Of a stretch of DNA of 36,769 bases, positions 1 to 10,367 are shown in pieces (position 1 is the first letter of the stretch; the number at the start of each line of letters is the position of its first letter). Under the pieces are notes generated by a model that was not told where the DNA came from, searched no databases, and saw nothing but the letters and a program-made list of their open reading frames with translations. A program made the position numbers and the translations under genes. This DNA comes from Savitreella phatthalungensis. Taxonomy: Eukaryota. The stretch covers positions 248,001-284,769 of the forward strand of contig AP039706.1 of NCBI GenBank assembly GCA_051599415.1, written 5' to 3'.

Positions 1-300
1 GGTCTTCATTGTTCCATGCTGCTTCACGCATACTCTCCGATAGTCAATATTCATGTCATATACCTGGACGATTGAAGCAAGTCCTTTTTGTCTCCCTGTC
101 CTGCATGATGAGCTGGGTCATGGCTACAGTGTACTGTCTGTAGCATACTATATTCGAAGAGTGTGATTGCCCGGCCAACATATCAAATATCCTTGGACAT
201 TTCGATCTATGTACGCACGCATCAATTTGATCTGTCCGGTCTAAGAATAAGTCAGTTGTTGAAAACGAATGCGGAGTAATGATCAACAGCGCATGAATCT

Positions 301-939
301 ATGACATCGTCGGCGGCAGTCGGGGCGGCCCTGTCGCGGGCTTGGGTCAAACTACAAGATGGTCTGAGGTCGTTTTGGAATCGCTTGAAATCGGCGCTTC
401 ACTGGGTGCTGGGCTTCACCGAAGAGCGGTTCTCATTCGACGCGTACACGCAGGTCACAGACGAGTTTGATCACCTGCTATCGACAGACCCGACGAGCGG
501 ATCCTTCTTCTCGCGCTTCACCCGCAGGCGGTCTCGAGGCAGAGCGAGCGACCAGCGTCGGCGAAGCAGAGCGACGACCAGAACTGTTTCAAGCACGGAT
601 GGTTCATTAGCTTCCTTGCTAGAAAATGAGATCGAGGATCCAGAATCTCTAGGGGACGACAGCATAGGCATGCTCGCCACAGCTACAGATGAGCAGCTTG
701 CAGATGAGGAACGCCGGATAGAGGAAGAGGAAGAAGCACGTGTCACTGAAGGACGTCGACGTGCACAGGTTGCATTGCAGGCAGCGGGGGCGGCAGCAAT
801 ACCTGCAGGTCCAGCAGGATCAGCAGGATCAGCGGAACCAGCTGGGAGTGATCCTGGATCCCGCTCGATATCCATCGCATCTTTGCATCGAGATGGAGAA
901 GATGGTAGAGGTGGAGAAGGGCATGAGGAGGGGATATGA
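301..939 (+). CDS. Uncharacterised fungal protein (212 aa) with Arg-rich, acidic and coiled-coil segments
   Basis: ATG-initiated, GC-rich ORF in AT-richer flanks. Motifs DEFDHLL, RRRSR..T..S and EERRIEEEEEARV..RRRAQ resemble, from memory only, an uncharacterised family in filamentous ascomycetes. Confidence 0.65.
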   Translation: MTSSAAVGAALSRAWVKLQDGLRSFWNRLKSALHWVLGFTEERFSFDAYTQVTDEFDHLLSTDPTSGSFFSRFTRRRSRGRASDQRRRSRATTRTVSSTDGSLASLLENEIEDPESLGDDSIGMLATATDEQLADEERRIEEEEEARVTEGRRRAQVALQAAGAAAIPAGPAGSAGSAEPAGSDPGSRSISIASLHRDGEDGRGGEGHEEGI

Positions 940-1182
940 GCTCTGTTTCTTGGACTCTGATTCCTTCTGTTCAGCTACGGGCGTGGTTGAGTGTGCAGGT
1001 ATCTTGAGAAGGCTGGACTGGACAAGTTTCCAAGTATGCAGGGCGGGGCACAAACTCTGATTTGTGGACTTGTGAGTGGTCAGCTTTGAAGATCTCCACT
1101 TTTCAGGCCTGTGCACTGTCAAATCTCTTGTTTCACGCTTAAAAATTGATTTCGCCATTGAAAAGTCTCAAGTCTCATGCTC

Positions 1183-1221
1183 GAGTCAAGAGTCAAGAGT
1201 CAAGAATTAAGAATCAAGAGT
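1183..1221. repeat. Short 7-bp tandem repeat (GAGTCAA)n, degenerate
   Basis: gagtcaa gagtcaa gagtcaa gaattaa gaatcaa gagt. Confidence 0.8.
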
Positions 1222-1821
1222 GGCATCAAGGAAAGTAGGCCCAAATTAATATAGATTATAATTTATGGACTCGATCGGACTAGATCAGACAATTTATAAG
1301 ATTTACAAGACTTAGTAACATTATTAACTTGTACTCTCATGTATCTGAGTAATGCATATGCATATAATTTATATATGATTAAGCCAACACGCATACTAGT
1401 GACAGTCACTAACGTATACGTGCAACTGAAGGTGATCGCGTCAGAGATTCCTAGATGCACGTCAACTAGCACTCGACTCAACGATGCGGCACATCTCATC
1501 TGATCGTCTGCCAGAGGCGCAAATCCATGACAACCTTTCGTACACTTCATCTCAAAGCTTGTGTCGTTCACCCGATATAAAGCTTTCTTCAGGAATCTGT
1601 GCGGCAAGTCACTGTACGTCTGTATAATTTGTGTAAAAATAGAATACATATATAGCATATGTCTTTTGAAAGACTAAATTTAGAGCTTAAAATCGAGCGT
1701 ACGGCTTGAGTTATCATATCCAGCGAGCGGCTATGCACCAAATCGTGCAGATTCAATTAACAGCGAACAGGCAGAACTTCAGCTGCTTTCGTCAATCAAT
1801 CACTCACCTCACATAACAAAC

Positions 1822-1864
1822 TCACTTGCTTCACTTGCTTCACTTGCTCCAGTTGCTCCACTTA
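1822..1864. repeat. Short 9-bp tandem repeat (CACTTGCTY)n upstream of the RhoGAP gene
   Basis: tcacttgct tcacttgct tcacttgct ccagttgct ccactt. Confidence 0.75.
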
Positions 1865-2136
1865 CCCACTCACGCGCTCCCTTCCTCAACAACCCATATA
1901 GTCCTTGAAGCACTCGTTCAATCCTTGTACATCAGCAATTCAGGATTCTCTGCTATTGACAAGGTGCTTGCCCGCCTATCGACAACTGATACTTTCCAAG
2001 CTGTTCATAGCTGGACCATCTTTCAATCAGAAGCGTAGCATTCGTTCAGGCCATTTTCGACAACGCATGACAAGTCACTGATCGAGCGAGCTCCTGCGCG
2101 CACGACGCATCGTTTTGTGCTCACCAGTCCACATTG

Positions 2137-4944
2137 ATGGCAACAGCCGCCGCAAATGGCGGCACAGCGGCGACGCCAGACTTGCAGACGCTCTTGCAGC
2201 AGCTCACGACGGAACGCGACGCTTTGCAGACACAGAACGCGCAGCTATGGCGGCTGGTCGATAAGCAGAGGACTATGATACAAGGATTGCAGAAGGACCT
2301 TGATAAGTATGTCACTGAAGAGGCGGAACGGAAGGCTCGCGAGAAGCTGGCATCGGAGCCTGCAGTGCAGGCAGCCGCTACCGAGGAGGCTACTGAAACG
2401 CTCCCAGCTGTCACACCGCCTCCACCTACAGATATTACTCGGGAGACCCCGCAGACTGCTCCTCTGTCCGCACGACGCGTCCGGCCAAGTCCTCGCAGTC
2501 AGGACCTCTCTAAACTCATTGAGAATGCACCGACGAAATCACCTTTGCGCACGTCGATGATCCGGACCAAGGAACACGTTGATGATGACCTGCCAGAGCT
2601 GAAACGCACGACCGTTCCCAGGCGGGAACGAGTCCGTAGTCATAGCACGCCACGCGACGACACGCGTGCCAACAGTACGTCTGATGACGCAGCTTCTCCC
2701 CTGGCCCTCGCTGAGGTCGAGTCATCTTACTCCGGTGACAGTCCAGCGCCAGACACAGATGTCATCGGCTCGCCTGATTCGGCCTACAGCGATGGTATGC
2801 CAGGCATCCATGACCACTTCCTCGCACCCAGTGCTGAATTCAGCGAGTCGTCTGATCGGTTGTCTTCATCGCTGGTGCAACAGCCTCTGCCTCAGTCTCA
2901 ACCGCCTTCGTCTCCAGCACCGAATTATGACACGCAACGACGCTCTTCCGCCGCGAGCTTCGCCAAGGCAATTGCAAACATCGGGCGCGAGGCTGGCGGA
3001 GGTCCTGTGATCTATGGCAAGAACGGACTGGGCACAATCACCGTTTCGCACTTGTCAGATATTGACGTTCGGCTGACGCAAGCTTTATTGCCGAGCTACT
3101 CGCATCTACCGACAGTCATGGTGCTCGCCGTCCACTTTCGAGACGGCACCCGGATCCACAGTCTGAAAAAGCAGTACTCAACGCTTCACAGGCTAGCCGC
3201 TCGATTCGACTGCTCAATGCCACCGAGCAGCGATTTCCGGGTAGACGACGATCTGCAATCTTCCGTGCGCAAACGCATGGTCGACGATTTCTTCGCCGAC
3301 GTGCTTCGTCGAGACCTCGTTCCATCTTTCGCGGAAGACCTCGCTTCTTTCCTGTCGAGCAGCGACATGGAGGTACCTGCCATTTTCTACCCAGGATACA
3401 TTGCCTCGCCAGTTCTACCGCAACACGAGGCGCCCAGCTCGCAATCCACTAGCGACCAGGCTTCATCACTCAAGGAAGGATATTTGTCGAGACGTGGCAA
3501 GGCTTTCGGCGCTTGGAAGCACAGATACTTTGTGCTCGATGCGCACGAGTTGCGCATGTATGACAGCGATGGATCGACTGTTGCCGACACGATCACTCTC
3601 GCCGGCGCACAGATTGGGCGACAGAGCGAGGAGAAATTCCGAGGTGAGGCAGGGATGGAATTCAAGCACGCATTTCTTTTGCTCGAGCGTAAGCGCAATG
3701 GTATGAACAGACATATCCTATGCGCGGAAAGCGACGAGGACCGTGAATCATGGGTGCAGGCACTGCTGAATTGCTGCTCAGAGCTCCCGGCTCAACAGGA
3801 TGACTTCCAGGAGGACGAATCGCCAGAATTTGCTTCCGTCGGCTACGTCTCTACCACTTCAAGGCCGATTTCACTACAGATTCCATCTCAGTCGAGCGTC
3901 TCAACGGAGGATCGTGGAATCAGTGGGCCAATGCACGGAGCGCCGATTAACAATGCCTATGCATGGGGTGCTAATCCAGTCTCGACCATGCCACTGAGTC
4001 CAAGCGCGCGCTCTATGACATCAGCGGCGAGCACCAACACAATCGCCGCGACCAGTGCGTCGACGACCGCTTCCATAACGTCGACAATTGCGCCCGAGAA
4101 GAAGCGCAAGAAGCCCTTCTGGGCGAAGAAAAAGGCAGAATCACCCAAAGTGGAGTCGCCGCAGCCGCCCACGCAAGCTGCGCTAGCTGCAGTTACGGCA
4201 TCTGCTGCTGCAATGAGCAATGCTATGCGGATGAACGAGCCTCCTCGGCCTGTCAATACATCTGGCGCCTTGTTCGGCATGCCTTTATCCGAGGCCATCA
4301 TGCGCGGTGGAATTGATGGAGTACCCGCTGTGGTCTACCGCTGCATCGCATTCCTCGAACAACGTCACATGGAGCGAGAAGAAGGTATTTATCGGCTGAG
4401 CGGAAGCTCAACTGCTATACGAACTCTCAAAGAGCGATTCAATTCAGAGCTCGACGTTAATCTATGTGCAGAGACACACGACATACATGCTGTCGCCGGC
4501 CTACTCAAGCTCTATCTGAGGGAACTACCGTCAACGATCCTGCCGCGCGATTTACAGAGCGATTTTCTTGAGCTTGTGAGCATGCCTGACGGACCTGCAA
4601 AAGAAGTGACGATTCGGACGATGGTTCAATCTCTGCCGGTGGACACACTCGCTCTGCTCTCACACCTATGTAAACACCTCTGGCTAGTGGTGCGAAACGA
4701 GAATCTGAACAAGATGTCTCTGCGAAATGTCGGAATCGTCTTCTCTCCGACGTTGAACATCCCTTCGAATGTGCTGGAAGCATTCATATCCGGTGCTCAG
4801 GAACTCTTCGCAGATCATGAAGGTCAACGCTCCCCCTTGGATGGTCACGCCAGTCATGAAGCACGGGACTTTCTTGACAGCCAACCGTCGACGCCACTGC
4901 CAGCCTCGACGCATCGCCTCTCGGCGTCTTTACAGCATTTCTAG
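2137..4944 (+). CDS. Rho GTPase-activating protein with N-terminal coiled coil, PX-like, PH and C-terminal RhoGAP domains (Bem3/Rga2-like)
   Basis: PH domain: LKEGYLSRRGKAFGAWKHRYFVL...ILCAESDEDRESWV. RhoGAP: LFGMPL...VPAVVYRCI...EEGIYRLSGS (arginine finger)...AGLLKLYLRELP...NKMSLRNVGIVFSPTL. First ATG is at 2137; the ORF track starts at an upstream TTG. Confidence 0.93.
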   Translation: MATAAANGGTAATPDLQTLLQQLTTERDALQTQNAQLWRLVDKQRTMIQGLQKDLDKYVTEEAERKAREKLASEPAVQAAATEEATETLPAVTPPPPTDITRETPQTAPLSARRVRPSPRSQDLSKLIENAPTKSPLRTSMIRTKEHVDDDLPELKRTTVPRRERVRSHSTPRDDTRANSTSDDAASPLALAEVESSYSGDSPAPDTDVIGSPDSAYSDGMPGIHDHFLAPSAEFSESSDRLSSSLVQQPLPQSQPPSSPAPNYDTQRRSSAASFAKAIANIGREAGGGPVIYGKNGLGTITVSHLSDIDVRLTQALLPSYSHLPTVMVLAVHFRDGTRIHSLKKQYSTLHRLAARFDCSMPPSSDFRVDDDLQSSVRKRMVDDFFADVLRRDLVPSFAEDLASFLSSSDMEVPAIFYPGYIASPVLPQHEAPSSQSTSDQASSLKEGYLSRRGKAFGAWKHRYFVLDAHELRMYDSDGSTVADTITLAGAQIGRQSEEKFRGEAGMEFKHAFLLLERKRNGMNRHILCAESDEDRESWVQALLNCCSELPAQQDDFQEDESPEFASVGYVSTTSRPISLQIPSQSSVSTEDRGISGPMHGAPINNAYAWGANPVSTMPLSPSARSMTSAASTNTIAATSASTTASITSTIAPEKKRKKPFWAKKKAESPKVESPQPPTQAALAAVTASAAAMSNAMRMNEPPRPVNTSGALFGMPLSEAIMRGGIDGVPAVVYRCIAFLEQRHMEREEGIYRLSGSSTAIRTLKERFNSELDVNLCAETHDIHAVAGLLKLYLRELPSTILPRDLQSDFLELVSMPDGPAKEVTIRTMVQSLPVDTLALLSHLCKHLWLVVRNENLNKMSLRNVGIVFSPTLNIPSNVLEAFISGAQELFADHEGQRSPLDGHASHEARDFLDSQPSTPLPASTHRLSASLQHF

Positions 4945-4995
4945 CACAAATGTGCACTACCTCATACTACACGAACGTTGATGCATGAGAACAAA

Positions 4996-5889
4996 TTACA
5001 ATTTCGCTTTCCGTGGCAAGCCGTATACTGGCTTGCGCTTTTCCTTGAATGCCAGAAGACCTTCCTGCCTGTCCTCCTTATCCATGCAGTCCTCATAGCA
5101 AGCACGCTCAAAGTCGAGTCCGCGATCTAGCGTGTACGTGCCGTCATGTTTCTCAGATGTGCCGACAGCATAATCGATGGCCTTCTTCGCGTTCCTTATG
5201 CCAACTGGGGAGTTGACGACAAAAGTCTCAAGCAAAGCAGTGCCCGCTTCGATTGCGGTCGCGGCAGGCGCGATGTCTTCAGCTGATAGTGCAATACCCA
5301 AGGACACGGCTTCTGCGGGACCGAGTGTCCTAGCGCTGAAAACGAGCTCTTTCGTCTTCGACGCGCCGATCAGGCGAGTGAGGCGCTGCGTGCCTCCTGC
5401 CCCCGGAATGATGCCGAGTCGCGTCTCCGGCAAGGCCAATTTCGCCGAAGGTCCAACAACACGCATGTCTGTTGCAAGTGCAATCTCTAGACCGCCGCCA
5501 AGCGCATGTCCATCGATACAAGCGACGGTCGGGACACTCAGCAGCTCGAGTGACCGAAACGTCGACCGCATATGTTTCAAGAAGGTATCGACCTCAGGCG
5601 GGCTCATTCCACGGCGCTCGACCAAATCTGCACCGGCACAGAACGTTCCAGAGGAGCTCGACGCCAGAAGTACACCGCGAATTCGTTCATTGCTAGCGAC
5701 GCTGCGGATATGGTTCTCCAGCTCAGCAACGAGAGCTTTTGAAAGGGCGTTTTTGGCCTTGGGCCGATTCAGCTGAAGCAGTGCAAACTGCGCGTATGGA
5801 TGTGCTTTGCTGTTGAGTAACGTCAACTGCACCGGTGTTGTATCGGCTACAGTCGACATCGCTCTTCGCAGACCTGCAGTGAAGGACAT
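4996..5889 (-). CDS. Enoyl-CoA hydratase/isomerase family protein (methylglutaconyl-CoA hydratase, AUH-like)
   Basis: Crotonase motifs LNRPKAKNALS, FCAGADL, GHALGGGLEIALATDMR, LPETRLGIIPGAGGTQRL and DRQEGLLAFKEKRKP. Confidence 0.93.
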   Translation of the reverse strand: MSFTAGLRRAMSTVADTTPVQLTLLNSKAHPYAQFALLQLNRPKAKNALSKALVAELENHIRSVASNERIRGVLLASSSSGTFCAGADLVERRGMSPPEVDTFLKHMRSTFRSLELLSVPTVACIDGHALGGGLEIALATDMRVVGPSAKLALPETRLGIIPGAGGTQRLTRLIGASKTKELVFSARTLGPAEAVSLGIALSAEDIAPAATAIEAGTALLETFVVNSPVGIRNAKKAIDYAVGTSEKHDGTYTLDRGLDFERACYEDCMDKEDRQEGLLAFKEKRKPVYGLPRKAKL

Positions 5890-6230
5890 GTCGGCATGAG
5901 CCGTTTACCACTCATCGATTTAAGGAGGCTGCACAACCTCTCGCATGGCCGAGATGCTTCCACTGTCATCCCTCCCCCGGATTGATTGCAAGATCGATAC
6001 TCGGCCAGAAGGAGCATCGGTGGGGCCGGCGCATACAAGCCACAGGCCAGAGCAACATGCAAAATGAAAATGCATCAGCCACTGCTTCGTCTACTGAATC
6101 CTTTTTGGCACAATGCAGCACCAGGTGAACATAGAGGCTGTCGTGACACGCTCTGCGCGCTCGTCCAAGTCGCATTCAAGGAACACCGATCCTGCAGAGT
6201 CCGGATTACATCTTTTAGCCGAGGTGCGTC

Positions 6231-6677
6231 ATGACGTCGAGATCGTCGAGGATGCAAGCGATGCTGAAGCATCGCGTGAGATTGACATTGAACGACTCAC
6301 GCACCATTGTCGGCCAACTTCTGGCATTCGATACACACTTGAATCTTGTACTGGCTGATGCGGAAGAATACCGCAACATCAAGCGGAAACGCAAAGCAGC
6401 TGACGACGATGAAAAAGACAACGCATTCGTCGCTCCCACACAGGAGAAACGCACTCTTGGATTGACGATCATTCGAGGTGAACACATCATTGCGACCACG
6501 GTCGAAGGGCCCCCTCCGACAGATCCTCGCGAGCGACTGGCCAAGGCAAAGGCTGGTTCGGGTACGGCTCGTCCGATTGGCCGTGGCGCTGGAGCTTCAG
6601 GCGCCCCTCTCGGTCAAAATCCACTCGGCGGACCCATCAATCGGGGCGTGCCGCCGCCGCCAGGAGCACGCAGGTAG
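6231..6677 (+). CDS. SMB1: Small nuclear ribonucleoprotein SmB
   Basis: Sm1 motif GQLLAFDTHLNLVLADAEEYR, Sm2 motif EKRTLGLTIIRGEHI..TVEGPPP, and a Gly/Pro/Arg-rich tail. Confidence 0.93.
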   Translation: MTSRSSRMQAMLKHRVRLTLNDSRTIVGQLLAFDTHLNLVLADAEEYRNIKRKRKAADDDEKDNAFVAPTQEKRTLGLTIIRGEHIIATTVEGPPPTDPRERLAKAKAGSGTARPIGRGAGASGAPLGQNPLGGPINRGVPPPPGARR

Positions 6678-6740
6678 ACCGGGCGATCAGCACAAATGAC
6701 GACCTTATGAATCTAATTGAACATACAGACAAAATTAGCT

Positions 6741-8471
6741 CTATGCATGCAGGCTGGCAAAGCGCGCAGCGTACTGCGCTGGAGTCTCAAGCGATTGATC
6801 TGTCAGTGATCGCACGAAGGCTACATCGAAAGCAGTTTGCAGAGTGGCAGCAGTCTCCTCTGTCTCGACATTGACGTCTGCAGGTAGAGCATCCTGCAAT
6901 CTTTGCCCTAGCTCTCGTCTCTCGCTGCTGCGCAATAGGTCGAGCCCAGCGCTATGCCATTTGTCCTGCTGCGTCGACAACCAGGAGAGGCATTCGGCGC
7001 TTGGCAGAACGGGTTTGTCCCCGTCGAATGTAGCCTTCGAAATTTGAGTTACGTGTGGGAATGGATCCACTTCATACTTGACCAATAGCAAATATGTCGT
7101 GGAGCCCTTCTTGAGGATTTGCCTCACAATTCTCGTCAGCCGGTGAGCTCTCGAATTGTTCTGCTCACCTTGTATGCTGGCCAACATTGTTTGACAAGCC
7201 GCATCAAAGATCAACCGATATTCATCTGCCAGAGCAGCCAGGGTTCTGCTCGCGAGCAGCGTTGCGAGGTCTGTATCGACCTCATGCGCAATCTCTCGCA
7301 GTCTGCGTTCGAAGTTTTGTGTGTCAGCCGACCCACGGACAACCGCAGCAGCAGCTCGTTGCTTCTCTATCAGATCCTGTCGACGCCAATTGATTCGCCT
7401 TGACCAGATATCTTCTTGATCTCCGGATGCCGCTTGGGTAGCTTCACGAGCTTCTGAAAGTTGTGTGGCTCGACTGTTCGCGACGGCCAGAACATAGCCG
7501 CGAATCGCCTGTTCGAAATTGGGATATATGTCCTCAAGACCGTGCTCATCGAGCAGGCGACGTATATCTCGCAGATGCGAAATGGCGATCGCAAGGGATT
7601 TAGACCGCTCAAAGACGGCTCCGATGACTTCAGTCAACGTTTCGCCAGCGGTGCGCAATAGACGCTCCGCCTCACGTCTTGCCTGTCGAGAGGATATGTC
7701 GTCTAGCGACACAGCCAGTACCATCTTCCCGAGCTTAGGCAGAGCTTTAGCCAAGGAAGAATCAACGTCTGGCAAGGCGCTGACCACCTCGACAAGTGGT
7801 CTGTCAGTATATCGCTCGAGCTCACTCTTCACGCTTGCTATATCTGCGCTGTCATCGATCAGCTTAATCAGGCGTTTACTGAGCGATATAACGTCGTCAC
7901 ACTCCCTTGCTCGCTCTAGTTGTCGGATAAAGAAATGCCTTTGGGCCGCGGGAGCATCCTGTCCAGTGTATATGCAATGCGCGCATGCAAATGTTCTCAT
8001 TTGATCGCACTGTTCCAAAGCATTCCTGAGCACTCGACCTGCAGCGATGACTCGCCTATCGGAAGCATTCATGCGGGCTGCCAGTTTCCATATCAAGGCA
8101 GCTGTCGAAAGATCGCCGCGCCGACAATACTGCACTACCAACGCTCGAGAATCCTGTAGGAATGTTTGGCGAATGCTCTGCACTGCTTCTTCATCGTTCT
8201 TCCGTAGAGCAGAAAGGTTGCGTTCAGCCTTACGGATGGACTCGTCTGTTGTCACTTCGCCTAAGTTGGAGATCTCTTGTTTCAGCCTGCGTGTCGACTG
8301 CCGCACACTGACGATCAGATCGGCCGTCCGTAGTAGGTCTCTGTAGGAGTCCCCGACGAGGAGACGAAGATCAGTCTTCTTCCGGGCGGCTTCTGCGCGC
8401 AACTCAACCTCGAGAGTGCGACACTCTGCCACAGACTTCTCCCGGAAGAGCTGTTCGACATCCATGTTCAT
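6741..8471 (-). CDS. COG1: Vps51/Vps67-domain tethering subunit, most like COG complex subunit 1
   Basis: N-terminal LFREKSV.E.R.LE..LR.E...KK.DLR.LVGDSYRDLL.TAD.I and C-terminal LQ..FDV.F. The middle of the protein is divergent and short. Confidence 0.75.
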   Translation of the reverse strand: MNMDVEQLFREKSVAECRTLEVELRAEAARKKTDLRLLVGDSYRDLLRTADLIVSVRQSTRRLKQEISNLGEVTTDESIRKAERNLSALRKNDEEAVQSIRQTFLQDSRALVVQYCRRGDLSTAALIWKLAARMNASDRRVIAAGRVLRNALEQCDQMRTFACAHCIYTGQDAPAAQRHFFIRQLERARECDDVISLSKRLIKLIDDSADIASVKSELERYTDRPLVEVVSALPDVDSSLAKALPKLGKMVLAVSLDDISSRQARREAERLLRTAGETLTEVIGAVFERSKSLAIAISHLRDIRRLLDEHGLEDIYPNFEQAIRGYVLAVANSRATQLSEAREATQAASGDQEDIWSRRINWRRQDLIEKQRAAAAVVRGSADTQNFERRLREIAHEVDTDLATLLASRTLAALADEYRLIFDAACQTMLASIQGEQNNSRAHRLTRIVRQILKKGSTTYLLLVKYEVDPFPHVTQISKATFDGDKPVLPSAECLSWLSTQQDKWHSAGLDLLRSSERRELGQRLQDALPADVNVETEETAATLQTAFDVAFVRSLTDQSLETPAQYAARFASLHA

Positions 8472-8548
8472 CGTGATTTATGTCATAAGTTGCTGAACTT
8501 TCTACATTAATGTGTGTTTGTACGTTGTAACAAGTATCCAGTACCGTA

Positions 8549-9427
8549 TTACATCTCCAGTGCACGAAATGGGTCGCGCCCAAAGCGCTCGCGCCACGAT
8601 TGACTATCAACCAGCCGAGCGAGCCATGATCTAACCTGCTCGCTGGAGATCCCTGCGACCTTGATGACGGTCACGCCGCGATGTGTCACGGCGGTCCACA
8701 TGAAATCGTCGTGCCGAGCTCCATGACGAGCCGACTGTACGATTCGGTTCTCCTGTGAAAATCTCTGCCTGATTGCATCTGCGTCTGCCTCGAATGCAGG
8801 ACCGACAAGCAGCAGCGTCGCCATGCAGTCGAGGTGCCTCATCTGCCTACCCACGAGCGCGAGCGACATGTCTTGACAATCGCGAACGAGCATGCGCCCT
8901 TGGCGATAAAGTGTGTTGGCAGAACGATAATGATGGAATATCCACCGCTCTCCGTTGTCAGGCCGTCCTGAGACGATCCAGTCCAACACAATAGCGCTCC
9001 CGTGCTCATCAAGATCAAAGCCTTGCTCTTGCTGGTAGTGCGAGTTAGCAAAGGGCTGAACAGGATCCGGCAATAATAGCAGTATGCCATGGATCCGGAC
9101 GTGCAGTATTTGCTCGGTAGGCAGGCCCGTGCTCCGTATCTTGAACACCTTTGTACTGCCCTGAGTCGTGAGAGATAGTGTCGTCCCTGCTTCTACTTCG
9201 ACATCGAGTCTAATGCTGTCACCACCAACCAGGCCCCCGCCATATGAGAGCACGTAGATCACTTGCACACCTTTCTTGGCCTTCGGCGCGACGAGCTTCA
9301 GCGGATAGCAGAACTCGAGCTTCTCAAGATGCGGCAAACCATGAACATGCGTCAATTGAATTGTGCCCTTTCCTTTTCGAGAATCATCCCGGCTCATGCG
9401 TGCCACAATGATAAGTCTTTCCTGCAT
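8549..9427 (-). CDS. ureD: Urease accessory protein UreD
   Basis: YPLKL, SYGGGLVGGD, LTTQGSTKVFK, LLPDPVQPF, DW..SGR..NGERW. The start could be at 9427 or 9397. Confidence 0.92.
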   Translation of the reverse strand: MQERLIIVARMSRDDSRKGKGTIQLTHVHGLPHLEKLEFCYPLKLVAPKAKKGVQVIYVLSYGGGLVGGDSIRLDVEVEAGTTLSLTTQGSTKVFKIRSTGLPTEQILHVRIHGILLLLPDPVQPFANSHYQQEQGFDLDEHGSAIVLDWIVSGRPDNGERWIFHHYRSANTLYRQGRMLVRDCQDMSLALVGRQMRHLDCMATLLLVGPAFEADADAIRQRFSQENRIVQSARHGARHDDFMWTAVTHRGVTVIKVAGISSEQVRSWLARLVDSQSWRERFGRDPFRALEM

Positions 9428-9533
9428 TTGATCTTATCTTCACCAAAGTGCAGACGCTGTGCACAGGATAACTGGCCATCGAGGCGAGACGCGACAGGCA
9501 ATATCTCTGGTAGAACGCAATCGAGTCAAAGGC

Positions 9534-10299
9534 ATGCGTATCTGCTGTGTAGAATGTGGTGACTCCGGACCTCTCCTGAGACCGGATTTCGGAGGCTACG
9601 GCGAGTATATCACGAGGTTGCTCAAGTCGAGCGGGCCAGACATCAACTTCGAGGTCGACACGATCCGCGCCTTCGATGGCGCCGACTTGCCACACACTAT
9701 TGAACAATATGATGGCATCGTGCTCTCTGGGTCGAAAAGCTCTGCATACGTAAGATGATCACCGCATTCCTCGACAAGCCAGACTGACAGGGCAGGATAA
9801 TGATGAATGGATACTTCGGCTGCTGGAATGGTTGCGAAAAGTTGACGGGAAGGTCAAGATAGCAGGCATCTGCTTTGGACATCAGATCATCGCACGCGCG
9901 CTCGGAGGCAAGGTTGAGCCAAACCCTCTCGGCTGGGAATTAGCGGTGACCCCGACAAGCACATTCAATTGCCCCGAGCTGCTCCCTTCGCTCAAGGTCT
10001 TGAGACTACAACAAATGCATCGCGACATTGTGACTGTTCCACCGCCTGGTACGACGGTCCTAGGAGCCAGTGCAAAGTGCAGCAATCAAGCCATGTACAA
10101 ACGCCAGCACTTCTTCTCCGTTCAAGGCCATCCAGAGTATAATCCGCAAACGGTTGAGCGCCTGGTCGGGGATCGCGCTAAAAAGGGCATCATCCCTGAA
10201 GAAACGGCCAAGGAGGCCTTGACTCGGACGACTGACGAAAATGATAATGAAGTGGTTGGCCAGGCGATCGTACGGTTTTTCCAAGATAACGCTTTGTAA
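9534..10299 (+). CDS. Class I glutamine amidotransferase-like protein (YLR126C-like); exons 9534-9749 and 9796-10299
   Basis: A 46-nt intron at 9750-9795 (GTAAGA...CTGAC...CAG) joins two ORFs in frame to give DGIVLSGSKSSAY/DNDEWILRL. Catalytic motifs GICFGHQ and QGHPEY are present. Confidence 0.9.
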
Positions 10300-10367
10300 A
10301 GATATGAGATGACGTACCACGTATTAAATTAGACGACTCTACGAACTGCGCGTAACATCTTTTTGGT

